DNA from: Hydrolagus affinis
Lineage: Eukaryota
Assembly (NCBI GenBank): GCA_012026655.1
Contig: JAAILG010000030.1
Span: 124,001-188,000 of the forward strand
Direction of reading: 5' to 3'
Length of the DNA: 64,000 bases
Notes under the pieces: model-generated
What the model was told of the DNA's origin: nothing
Database searches by the model: none
Seen by the model: only the letters and a program-made list of their open reading frames with translations
Translations under genes and position numbers: made by a program
Shown: one piece after another, positions 38,733-50,170 of the stretch
Layout: each line of letters starts with the position of its first letter
How positions within the stretch are numbered: the first letter of the stretch is position 1

Positions 38733-40404
38733 GTAAGAAAAATGATTCGAGATGAAAAACAATAATACCTTTTTAATGCACAGAAGCAGTTTTCTTAACG
38801 AAATTAACAAAGCCCTCATTTAGCTGAAGGAAATATCGTGCTATTAACTGGTTTTCAAAAGTTACAATGAAAGAAAGCAGTACAAACAGATTACATATTG
38901 GTATTGATCTATACATTCATTAATAAATTATGATTTATGTAAGGTGAGCGGGGGAATGTACAAAAGATCTTTCAGATACATAAATTTCTGATGAATTTGT
39001 CCAAGTTGGAATTGCTTTGAAAGCATTCAGTAGGACCCAATTATAAGGCCCCCTCATTATAACCCAGAGTTCACTTAGATATTGAGATGTGAACCAATGA
39101 TCATACCCACAGTGTTAGTTGAGATTTTATGTATCCCCAACGACAACATTATAATGGGGCTTCGCTGTGTTGGCTTTAATAAACTAAGGAAACTTTATTT
39201 ATTAGTAATGATGTAGAACCAATATATCCCTTTAAGTTTTTCAGTCGGTTTGAGAAGAATTGGTTAAAAAGAAAACTGGCTGTTCAGCTCTTCAAATAAA
39301 ACTGACAGATTATTACGGGTTTCTCCATCATATACTGGAGTGCAATACTATTGTCTTTGTTCGAGTCGACATTTAAAACTCTATATTTATCTAATTGCAA
39401 AATCTTCCCTCAAGTTCATATAATAGCTTTGCCACTGTGGCAGTTCAGTCAATAGTAGTTTTCTGATGGACTATAATAATAATAAAAATAATCTTTGCCT
39501 TTGATATTGTACCTTTCACGTGTTCTAGACGTCTCAACTAGATAAGGTAACCCCACTTTAATCCATCTTTTTATAGAGTACATCCAACAAGGATCTGTAA
39601 CAATAAGACCCAGTTCATTAACCCAATCATCTGTGTAATAACAATTGCACACCAATATTTCTATAAAACTGAGCAAATGTAACCAGTGAGTCCTCTGAGA
39701 TGAAAAACATGAAGAAATAATTAATTTTTTAGAACCCTATGAATTTTTCTAAGGTCATCCTCAAAACTGATTAAACGTATGACTGTGATGAAATTATTCT
39801 TTATAGACCAAGTGACACAGAGATCACTTAAGGATTAACCCGGATATGGCAGCAATACAACAGCAGCCTGTATTAATGTAATCTCACCTCCACATACTCA
39901 CACTTAATCAGCAGAAGCTTAATTAAAAAACCCTTTGCAAATCAAACTTATATTAGTTTCTGCATTAAGCCATCTCCCATTGATTTTCATGTGCATTTTA
40001 GATATAAAGGTCATTTGCTGACTCTTCATCTTAGTAAAAAAATGGTTTAGGCTTTGGTTCTTCAGAGTACTTTTTTTATATAGTATCTTACAGATTGTGT
40101 TTTTTTAGGACCTTATCAGTTGAGCTGAATGCGGTAAAGTTTTTAAAATTTAACTGTTAATATGTTGCTACCAATATCAGCACTGTTTTATGCAGCTATT
40201 CTGGAGATTTCTGCTATCAATTTGTTTTCTGTACATCACTGTCAGGAATTGACATTAGATAAGTAGCCATGCCACTTTTGATCATTTGTGTCTGTATCAG
40301 TTCTGAATGCAGGTCAGATATCTACTCAAAATTGTGGGCCATTCCTGAAAAGAAGGTTAAGAGTAACATGATGCCACAATACATTAGTTTGCTAGATGGT
40401 CTAC

Positions 40405-40713
40405 AATAATAAAAATAATAATAATAATAATCCGTGCATTTGATACAGCGTTTTTCACGTCTCAAAGCGTTTCACGGAATCTACTGTAAAGTGAATTGAC
40501 CGTATATTTGTGGGCGAAATGCAATTTTGCACAGCAGTGTCCCACAAACAGTCATGGATTGAAATGACCAATTTACTATTGTTTGTGTTTTTAAGGGTTT
40601 ATTATCAGGCATGTGGAGTAAGAAAAATTGTCCAAGGTTTCACCCTGCCTGGAATTTAATCCAGTTCTCTTGCTTGTAAAATGAATGCTTAACCAACTGA
40701 GCTACAGGACTCC
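40405..40713 (-). mobile_element. Young full-length SINE
   Basis: (AAT)n tail at left, head ...actgagctacaggactcc at right. Confidence 0.87.
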
Positions 40714-41159
40714 ACAGATCAGTGTGTAGTAGCACGTAATATGATTTCTTAGTGCTTAACCATAAATCTAACAGGGAGTCATCAAATAGAGAATTGTTTT
40801 TTCTGGTTGGGGTCGGTGGGGTGGGAATTGATCATTGTAAAGCCTAATGGTTTGGTGCTATTCCTTGTGTAAATCGACAGAAGTGCTGCACGTAGAGGCA
40901 TGGAGAATTCCACCTCCTTGTTTATCAGCATCTGTTCCGTACATGAATGTCAGGTTTCTGAGATTTTGTATTGAGCTAGTAGAAAAGTTTATCTTTTGTT
41001 AGTTTTTGACCTGTCCCTCCCCCAACCAATACCCCTCTTTGGTCTTCCCAGTGATTTGGACCAAACTGCTCTGCGGTTGCCACAGGTCCTTTCCTTGGTA
41101 GATCACGGTAGATATTTACTTAGATTTCCCCCCACATTTTGTGGGGAATTATTTTTCAG

Positions 41160-41327
41160 GCTCACATGTACGAAGACCGAATAATGGAACTCAACAATCA
41201 TCTCATGTTATCACAGAGAAAGATTCACGACACCATGCAGGAGCTGACGTTTAAGGAAGAAGAAATGACGGTAACGAAAGTGGAATTAGCTTCACTTCGG
41301 GAAAGATACCGCTCCAAAGTTGAAGAG
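41160..41327 (+). CDS. PMFBP1: PMFBP1-like exon 14 (168 nt, phase 0-0)
   Basis: tttttcag|GCT ... GAG|gtaaca; AHMYEDRIMELNNHLMLSQ...RSKVEE. Confidence 0.9.
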
Positions 41328-41499
41328 GTAACACTCATTTCCAGATCATTTCATAAATCTCTGATTTTTTACAATTCTAAGGTCCTGTTTCCAAAAATAT
41401 ATCTGTTATTTGAAATTAATTCATTAACTAATCTGTGCTAAATTAACCGACCTCAGTCAAGGCAGCAATAACACCATTGCAGTTAGGCACATATTATAG

Positions 41500-41722
41500 G
41501 ACAACAACAACAACTTGTGTGGCACCTTTCACATTAGGAGGACATCCCAAGGAGTTGGACAGTCACTGTTTCAGACTCGAGCTGGGGACAGGGAGGGTGG
41601 AGGGAAAGGGGGGGATTTGGAGTGACCGATGGGACCGTCGAAGATGGACAACAACAACGACAACAACAACTTCGGTTTATATAGCACCCTCCATGCCGGA
41701 CGGCGTCTCAGAGCGCTTCTAT
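41500..41722 (-). mobile_element. Two tandem L2 3' tail remnants
   Basis: (CAA)n runs followed by tail stem-loop at 41502 and 41648. Confidence 0.6.
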
Positions 41723-44466
41723 GAACTGTACTGTTGTTCAGGAATGGCGGAAATTAAAAAGTGGAATTTACTTAAGACAACATTGCAATCAGACTTAAAT
41801 AGCTTTCAACTAGAAAAGGCCTCAAAATAAAATAAGTAAAGATATTCAGATAATGCATTTTATGTACTCGTTTCAAGTGAGCAATTATCTTTGCAGAACA
41901 AAGGAATCCATGGTTTTATATATGGTATAAAGTTAGATGTTTCCACTGAATTAAGTTTTAAGTCATAATGAACACTTTTAGGTTTAAATTTAACATGTAG
42001 GAATGTTTTTATCCAATTCAATTTGTTGTGCCTTTCAACCATAGAATTGAACACGCGCAAAAAAAAAGATGAGTGAGAGTAGTTGGATGCATATTCCCAT
42101 GTTTTCCCATGGGTATAGAAGACTGTAGGCTTAAATTGCAGTGTGTCTAACATAGACTATTTTACAGAGGATGAGGATATTTGTTCATTTGGTATGTATT
42201 CTTTGCTGCCAACCGCTTAGATAAACAGTCTTAATTAAATCAATCATTTTCCCCACAGTAACTGCTTTCTAAATTAATTGAAAAAGGGTTCACCTGGATT
42301 AAGCAGTTCACAGATCAGCTCTCGGCTCTGAAGCCACCTTCCTTAAACAACCATTTTGATTTGTTCCTAAAGGCTATTACCTAATATGGTTTTCACTGTA
42401 AGAAATATAGGTTACAGCTCAATCTAATTTCAGTGCATGAACATTTCTATTAAAACAAGACACCGCATTCCTTCACTAGCTGTCTTTTCTATGACACTCC
42501 CAGAGAGATGTGCATCAGCTGGACAAAAAGTGAATTCAAAATGTTGTCAGCCATGACAGCTGTTGTATAGCATGCCATCCACAGTGGCTAAAACTGCCAT
42601 ATTCATTACACCACCTCGTGTCCACACAGCCAGGCTTTAAATTGATGTTGAAAAGTGTGTTAGTCATTGCTTCAACTATGTATTACAATTCGTGTCACCG
42701 GAGAGTGATTTTTTTCTTCACCTTATTTCTATCACATTCTCTGTTAGTGCCTGTTCATGATATTGGAATGTTTAGCTGCGTAATTAAGTGTAATGGAAAA
42801 TTTAGGCTGAAGTGTCTCCATTTCAGAAAGGGTCTGTTAATAAATAACTGCGGAAATGTTGTTTGACTTCGTTTGAAGGGGGCGCATATATTTTGAAGCA
42901 AACAGAACGAACCAGATTGATTTTTCATTTAATGTGCATGTTAATGGCGGCGGCGAATCCGAGAAGGAGAATAGAGGGGCTAATGTTCAGCTAGTGAAGC
43001 CTAAATCTGTCTCCTTCTGGTTTATGAAGGTTTTCAGTGTTTCTACCACATTCCAAAAAATAGTCAATAGAAAACAAGAGTCCAATATTATTAACGGAAA
43101 AATTGTTGCAAGATAAATTGACGCTTTTGTTTCTGGGCATGTAGCCACACCCCTACAAACCTGTTCACCTATATTGCAGACCAGTGGGTTTTATATCTGA
43201 GGCTCAATACATAAATGAGTATTTTGGAATCTGGGAGTCACAACTATGTCAGACCGATCTTACATGCTTCTTTCTCACCAGTACGTGACAGGACAGCTCA
43301 TTGCACGGCTTCAACAAAATACTTCCTGCCCTTGATAACATGATTCTTTTCAACTGCGAGTCGATGTTTAAATCGAGTTTGTATATTTCGCACGTCAACA
43401 TTTAGAAATTGGGCTTGCACCATGATGTTTAATTTTCATTTGACAAAATTAAATTTCCAGGAAACATACTTTTACAAATATTATATTAAAATTTCCAAGA
43501 TCCAATATCAGTGTGGCAGCTCCACTTGAATGATGTGTTTTGGTAGTTCATAGGTCAATGCCATCTTCCCCCTCCAAAAAAACAAGTTATGTGGTACAAG
43601 AATATGCTGATGTCAGTTCCGCAAAATGGCCTCGAGCCGAAAAGCATGAAAGTAGGGATGAGAACAGTCTGGTGTTTGCTGAATGCTGCTTTCCACATTC
43701 TATTTGTCAAAATGAAGATTTCTTGTCATGTAAATTGTACAATTTATTTCCACTGACGAAGCAAATGGTGCTACATTTGTAACAATTAATCTTTTTTTAA
43801 ATCAAACCAAACATAGAAATCATAACATTAATATTGTGAAATAGAGTACAAATGAATAAATATATTTACATTTTATAATATGTATACAGACAAACTCAAC
43901 ATGTTAACTGAGAAATCTCCACAGCGCAGGCACTGGAATGCATTCAAATTTATGTTCTTTAACTTGCATTTTTTAAAAGATGTCTTAAACTATTATTCTC
44001 AATGGTAGAATGATTAAATTAACAATTCTGCTAGCTTGATCTGTGCAGCAGGTTTAATTGGTTTCATCTTATCACATTGTATACTGTTTATATACAATTA
44101 TCCTGAAATTAAAGAAAGAAAAAAAATAAGCATTCATTAAAATTGGATTCTCACAAACTGCACCCATCATATTAATGAACACAAAGAACACCACAAAAAA
44201 TCCAAATTGATTCAGAAATGACGTCATGTTTTTCTTTTTTCTAAAAAAACAGTTAGAATAGCTTGGTTGTTTTAAACAGTGGTGTAAGCTGAATTTCAAC
44301 CAAAGCTCTATGGAGGTCACAAACCTCTGTGCCTAGAAGACATATATGAGGAGTTGCACAACGCGAAAATAAGCATGAGTGAAAGATTTGATTAAGAGTA
44401 AATATCCAAGAGTGTCATGTTGTCCTGTGTTCATTTTTCTTCTCCTTTTCTGGTTCTGCTTGACAG

Positions 44467-44529
44467 GGAGCTACCTTACACAACGAGCTCAACCTACTGA
44501 AGCAGAAATACCTGGAGGCTTGTAATGAG
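44467..44529 (+). CDS. PMFBP1: PMFBP1-like exon 15 (63 nt, phase 0-0); not in ORF track
   Basis: long pyrimidine tract, ttgacag|GGA ... GAG|gtgggt; GATLHNELNLLKQKYLEACNE. Confidence 0.85.
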
Positions 44530-45236
44530 GTGGGTATAAGCTGAATTCATAGCATCTCTAATAGGATTTGGCAGCAGCCAAAGTGAGGTATTTACTTTTC
44601 TGTGTAAAATGGAGACAAAAATCTTCCAGTGTGTCATATTGAAAATAAAAAAATTGACGCAAAGCTTCCTTGTTAAGATGCAAAGCTGTGTTTGATGGGT
44701 GTGTGTGTAGGGGGGGGGGGCGGGGACGGGAATGGGAGGGAGTGAAATTCACCCTACAAAATATGCGTTTCACCCATGGCAATTTGAGGGGGAAAAAAAT
44801 ATACATTCTGAATAAATCTTACTGAAAAACAGAAAAAGATTGTGAGCACAGAAATCCCTGGTAAATTTAAAAGGGTGTTTAGTTGAACAAATTATTATGA
44901 TCTGAAAAGCTGTTTCATATGCAAACAGCACTTAACCTTGACTTTTATTCATCAGATACCTAGAATTCCATCCATAATAGCATCAGTATGACCAAATGCC
45001 CCTTGATCATTGTATGCATTACATTAAAGCAGTCATTTCCAAACAGTAAAACAACATTGATGCAGATACTAAAGCTAACAGGGTGGGGTTGGGGACATTA
45101 ACTAGGCCAATTTCCAACCTTTGGCTGTAGCTCTGAATTCAGACCCTCCTCTATAACATAACATGAGTAACATCTGTTCATCACCCCCCACACACAGTTC
45201 TCCCTCTCACTTACCCTCACTCTATTTGCATAGGGT

Positions 45237-45543
45237 GGAGTCCTGTAGATCAGTGGTTAGAGGAATCGCTTACAAGCGAGAGACCTGTGTTCGAATCCAG
45301 GCAGGTCAGGGCGAAACCTTGGGGAAGTTTCCTTACCCCACACACCTGATAATAATCCCTCAAAAAAACACACAATAATAAAATTGACCAATTTTGCTGT
45401 GTGCAATTGCTGTGTGCAATTGGCTACGTGTTTCGCCCTCAAAAATACAGTCAATTCGCTTTACAGTATATTCTGTGAAGTGCTTTGAGACGTCTAGAAG
45501 ACGTGAAAAGCGCTGTATCAAATGCAAGGATTATTATTATTAT
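45237..45543 (+). mobile_element. Young full-length SINE
   Basis: ggagtcctgtagatcagtggttagag...gttcgaatcc; tail gctttgagacgtctagaagacgtgaaaagcgctgtatcaaatgcaagg(att)n. Confidence 0.9.
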
Positions 45544-45734
45544 AAGATCCTAACCTGGCAGACTGAAATCACAAGTTCAAATTACAGACTGCAGCCAGAA
45601 TCCCACACCTTAACATTCCACACCACTGTATGGTTTACCAGCCTCATTGCACCATCCCTTCAGGTTTGTTGTTTTTCTTCAGGGCTACATTTATTCTGTT
45701 CAGTTTTCTAATACACATCTTTGGATCGTTCTAG

Positions 45735-45844
45735 CTTGAAACATTCCGAAACTCTCTGGAAGGAGCTCGGTCAGACAGTTCAAGGCTGCATCGAGAAAGT
45801 GAACTGGTTGTGGCAAACGTTAATCAATGGGTAAAGGAACAGAA
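45735..45844 (+). CDS. PMFBP1: PMFBP1-like exon 16 (110 nt, phase 0-2); not in ORF track
   Basis: gttctag|CTT ... AA|gtaagt; LETFRNSLEGARSDSSRLHRESELVVANVNQWVKEQ(K); QWxKxQK resembles the PMFBP1 C-terminal block as recalled. Confidence 0.88.
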
Positions 45845-47189
45845 GTAAGTGAACTGGAAACATGTTGGATTTGGAATCGTTTATACAATGTAAGCCACTA
45901 CGTTTTAAGCATGCAACTGGTTAGAAGTCTTGAATGCTCACTCTTACAAGCAATCAACATGGTAACTGAACAGTATTGTTCAACATCAATGTGCAATATC
46001 AATACGACAATCCTACCTGTTCAGTTCCAGTTGAACCTGATGTGATTGTGTGTTGGATTATCACTGCCAGCCAGCGAGGATTGCTTTTGCGGTGATTTGT
46101 ATCTGCTCTGATAATTCTATCAGAAAAAGTGTATCAAAATTTGTCCCCCAGCCTGCAAAAAGTCTATAAAATAATAGTTTTTTTTTGTAAAATACTATCT
46201 TTCAGTGATCTGATAAATAATAATAGTAATCCTTGTATTTGATACACAATCAATCTTAACTGTTAAACATTATTAACTGATAAACAATCTTAAATGTAAA
46301 ATAAATGTCTTATTATGCAATACAACTGTTTGAAACACTTTTGAAACATCCTCTCAAATTGACAGAAGCCACAGAGATGGAATTGTTGCTGTTCTTAAAG
46401 AGTTTTTTAAATGTTTGAGATGGTTGTAAGATCAAATGATACCAGTACAAATCTCTGGTCTCCTGGGTTCTGGCCTCATCCTCACTCTATGAGTGTGCTC
46501 TGTGTTTATTATATATATTAAATATACTTTAGTTCAACACCAGGATTTCAATCTTCATAAATATGATTTAATGTAAAGGTCACCATATTTCTTAAACAGT
46601 TCCAGACTATGTCTGTCGTCACCAGAAAATAACTATTGCTAGTTGATGCTGTTAGCATGAGCATCATAGCGTAATAAAATTCACATTAAATAAAACTTTT
46701 AATGATTGATATTGTTTTTCTGGTAACTTTTTTTTAATATAAATATTGTTTCATCCAAACAAACATAAACAAACCATAATTCCACTGTATGTCTCCTTAC
46801 ATGGAAAATTTGACATTTTCAGGACAGAAGGAGGTCATTCAGCCCATTATGTCTGTGCCACTACAGCCTGTTTCTCAAGTAACCCTGTTTGTTAGTTCCA
46901 CTCCAGCTCCTTTCCCGTATGCGCTAATGATTTGTTGTTAAAGTGCTTATCCAGTTCTCTTTTGAACGACTCTATAAATCCAAACTCCTTAGCTCCTTTT
47001 GATGATTAATTCCATGCCCAACAACCCTTTCCTGACTCATTTTCACCTCTCCCCTCATAATCTTCCAAAAGTGTGTGGCCTTTTTTCTCTTGGTACTAAG
47101 GTATCACTAGGGTATTCCACTGAAACAGTGGCCTTTATTGACCTATTGGTTGTAATTGTTGGAAAGTGAATACTGAATTTCTTTTTCAG

Positions 47190-47264
47190 GGATGCCAATG
47201 AAAAACTAGGAAATAAGATCAAAGCGCAAACCATGCAAATACTCCATCTATCTACTGAAAAAGA
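47190..47264 (+). CDS. PMFBP1: PMFBP1-like exon 17 (75 nt, phase 2-2)
   Basis: ctttttcag|G ... GA|gtaagt; DANEKLGNKIKAQTMQILHLSTEK(D), similar to recalled mammalian ANEKLGNQLREQ...LSGEKD. Confidence 0.88.
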
Positions 47265-47868
47265 GTAAGTATTTATCACTGGGAACTCGTGGTGTTAAAC
47301 AAAACTGACCCTCACTGTTCCTTAGAGTTAAGTACGACACTAACTGATCTCATCCCTTTGTCTAAGGAGAACACACAATACAACCAGTATTGTGTCTGAT
47401 CCACATCCTGGGCAGTTTAAAAGGAAGAGTCATTTTTAGTTTGTATTCATTTTTTGTTGGCATTAAAGAAAAACAAGATTGAGCCGCTCAATATGTTGTT
47501 TTCACCCTCATTTGAGATACATCTCACTTGAGTAAATGAAAAATTCTGTCTGGCATTTGGGGAGTATAATTTTTGCTCGACAACATTTAGTTTACATTTA
47601 TGGATTGAGCCATCTCAGCGGGACAGTCAGTCTTTAGTCGCTTCAATCTAGAATGAAATATAGAATTGCATTCCTTTTTTTAAAAAAAAACCCTGGGGTT
47701 TACAAAAGTGTTGTGGCACATCTTCTGGAGATGATGAATGACTAACAGATGTTTTTTTTTAACTGTTTATCTCGGCTATATATCCCATTTACATTCTGCT
47801 GTTCCTTTATCTTAGCTTCAGTAATGACCGTTTCTGTTATTGCTGTTGTAATCTTTGTCACAACACAG

Positions 47869-47962
47869 CCATCTACAGGAAATGAATGAACGTCTACAGC
47901 ATGAGAACAAGAAATTAAAACGTGACCTGGATGAGAGAAGGATTGCAAATGAGAGATGGAAG
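47869..47962 (+). CDS. PMFBP1: PMFBP1-like exon 18 (94 nt, phase 2-0; GC donor, or read-through to TAA at 47978-47980)
   Basis: caacacag|C; HLQEMNERLQHENKKLKRDLDERRIANERWK, similar to recalled HL....LQQENKKLKKE; ends AAG|gcaagt. Confidence 0.82.
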
Positions 47963-48415
47963 GCAAGTCCTGTTTGTTAAAGGGATCTTGGATCAGTGAG
48001 ATATCAAAAAATATATGCATGATCCCTCCCAAACTTTTCCCCAAAAGGTGCCATAGAAAAGCCATTCTGTTTTAAATCGATATGTTTTTGAATAGTTTCG
48101 CTATTCAAGCAGACTTGTGCTACTCTCCCAGTTTCTGGATCTGAATATAACCAGACATAATGATCGTGGACTGCTTCTATTGCTCTGTTTATACTGCTGA
48201 AAAGCAATTTAAAAATCATATCCAGAAATAAAGCGATTAAGAGAAGGAAATTTAGAGCAAAGATACTATCCTGCTAAATGGCAGTTGAAAGGCATTTTAG
48301 GACAATGTCAGGTTGGGGGCATTAACTCATTCTTTTTGCACAGTCTTTGGAAATATGACTGCTGTCCTGTTTCTCTCCACTTATTGAACCTCATTAATTC
48401 ATATTTTTGGCACAG

Positions 48416-48480
48416 GCTCAACATGTTAAGCCATCAGACCACTGCGGTATCATCCGTCAGTTCCACAGCCAGCACGAGAA
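48416..48480 (+). CDS. PMFBP1: Probable PMFBP1-like exon 19 (65 nt, phase 0-2)
   Basis: tttttggcacag|GCT ... AA|gtaagt; open frame AQHVKPSDHCGIIRQFHSQHE; phase fits the GC donor upstream. Confidence 0.6.
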
Positions 48481-49057
48481 GTAAGTACTTCTAAATCTGT
48501 CTCAGTATTACTGTGTTTAAAACAATCCCCATTTATTCATAGGAATCAGACATCTCAAGTTGTTTCTAAATCTCAAGCAATTTTGTTGCTTTTCCACAAT
48601 TAGCCCTATTTTAGCTCAGTTAAGACTTTGTGTTTTGCCATGTCAGATAAGGTTATCAAGTGTTATATATATGCCACCTGATGCTGCCTATAAAACCAGC
48701 ATTTTTTAAAATATCTGAATTAAATCCTTATATTTTAAATGCATTGAATCCGATTGTGGGAGTCTTGAGCACATTGCTGCTGACATGCTGAAACCTATAA
48801 TTGAAGCACGTGTTTCTCTTTATTAACTGATTGTCTGTGTTTTAGTCCATTTTTGTGACACAGTTTACTGTTGGTTACCACTACCATTTTTGCACAGATT
48901 CCAAAGTTGAATGGAGTTTTCCGAATGCACAAGACAAACATGTCAATAATCAAATTATACGGAAAATTGCAGCCCTGACGTTCAGAGTATAAGTAGTAAC
49001 AATTTTCTGTCATTTTTATTTTCTGCTTAAAATATTTCCTGCTTTCATATCCTTCAG

Positions 49058-49088
49058 CGAGGAGAACTCTCACAGTTTCTGTCAGTGA
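49058..49088 (+). CDS. PMFBP1: Candidate terminal coding exon, (N)EENSHSFCQ-stop
   Basis: Strong acceptor ttcatatccttcag|C; phase-2 entry gives TGA at 49086-49088; other downstream acceptors are also possible. Confidence 0.45.
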
Positions 49089-49315
49089 CTTTCCGGGGGC
49101 TCAGGTGGCGGAAACAAAATATAGCATCAGTTTCAGATTGAGCTGCAATGCTGTTTGCCTATCATTAAGCAGCAATGCTGCTCAATAGAGAATTGATGAA
49201 ATTCATAGCACAATGGTTAGCACTTTGAGATGTCTACTGGTATTGATGTTATGGTTCGATAGAACAGCTTTGTGAAACGAGCAGTTTTCTTCAACCCATC
49301 CTCTCCATCCACATG

Positions 49316-49388
49316 TTTAGCGCTTTGGGACGTCCTCCCGACGTGAAAGGCGCTATACAAATGCAATGTTGTTGTTGTTGTTGTTGTT
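49316..49388 (+). mobile_element. Isolated L2 3' tail with (GTT)n microsatellite
   Basis: agcgctttgggacgtcctcccgacgtgaaaggcgctatacaaatgcaat(gtt)n; another copy at 61726-61790. Confidence 0.75.
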
Positions 49389-49789
49389 TTAGTTCTCATA
49401 GCAGGTGCCTGAGTGAGAGGCAAAGCTACCTAGTCTTAGGTTTCTGCAATCCTTCCTGCTCTGTAACCAGCTAAGAGGAGATGCACAAGATGCAACAAGG
49501 TTTATTGGAGAGTTTCAGATGAAGGTCTTTTGGCCCATTTGATTTCATCCTTCCAGAATTACTACACTCCTATCCTCCCATTACAGCACAGAGCTGTTTC
49601 TTGAATAAGTCATGTCCAGACTTCAACCAGCCTTACTGATCACCCACTCAGGTCATTAGTTACTCTTTGGGTAAAGAATATACATCCTAGGATTGGCCGT
49701 AAAGATTGTCTCATTTTCTGATTTTGCTTCCTTGTGCCTTGTGCTTGGCGCTTCATTACATTTTACCGTCAAAATTTCCAGTATTAATA

Positions 49790-50170
49790 TGTCAGTTTGG
49801 CTCAGTTAGTATCACTTATGTTTCTAGGATATTAAATTGTGGGTTTAGACTTACACTCATATTCCAGATTGATATTCTAGCACAGTCCAGCGTGGGTATT
49901 GTCAGAGGGACTGGTTTTTAACTGAATAGCTAAACTGAGGTCCTGTATTCCCGTTCAGTTGGATGTTAAAATTCTCTTGACAGTATTGAAAGAAAGCAGT
50001 TTCCTTTGGTGTTTTTGGCAAGCAATCCTCAAATTAATTGAAGATTCATCTGATACTTTTTGTGAGGTCTTGCTGAGGTGTCGATGCACATCTATCTACA
50101 ATAATAGTCTCACTTGTGAAGCACTTTGAGGCATTCTGAACATGATGCATTGCGATAAAAATGCCAGATC
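49790..50170 (+). mobile_element. Old full-length DeuSINE, strongly diverged
   Basis: Head tgtcagtttggctcagttagtatc; core ggatgttaaaattctcttgacagtattgaaag; tail tgtgaagcactttgaggc. Confidence 0.65.

Noticed and set aside
39028-39168. Another Tigger-like MITE
   Set aside because: Putative TIRs match only weakly and there is no clean TA duplication; too decayed to support
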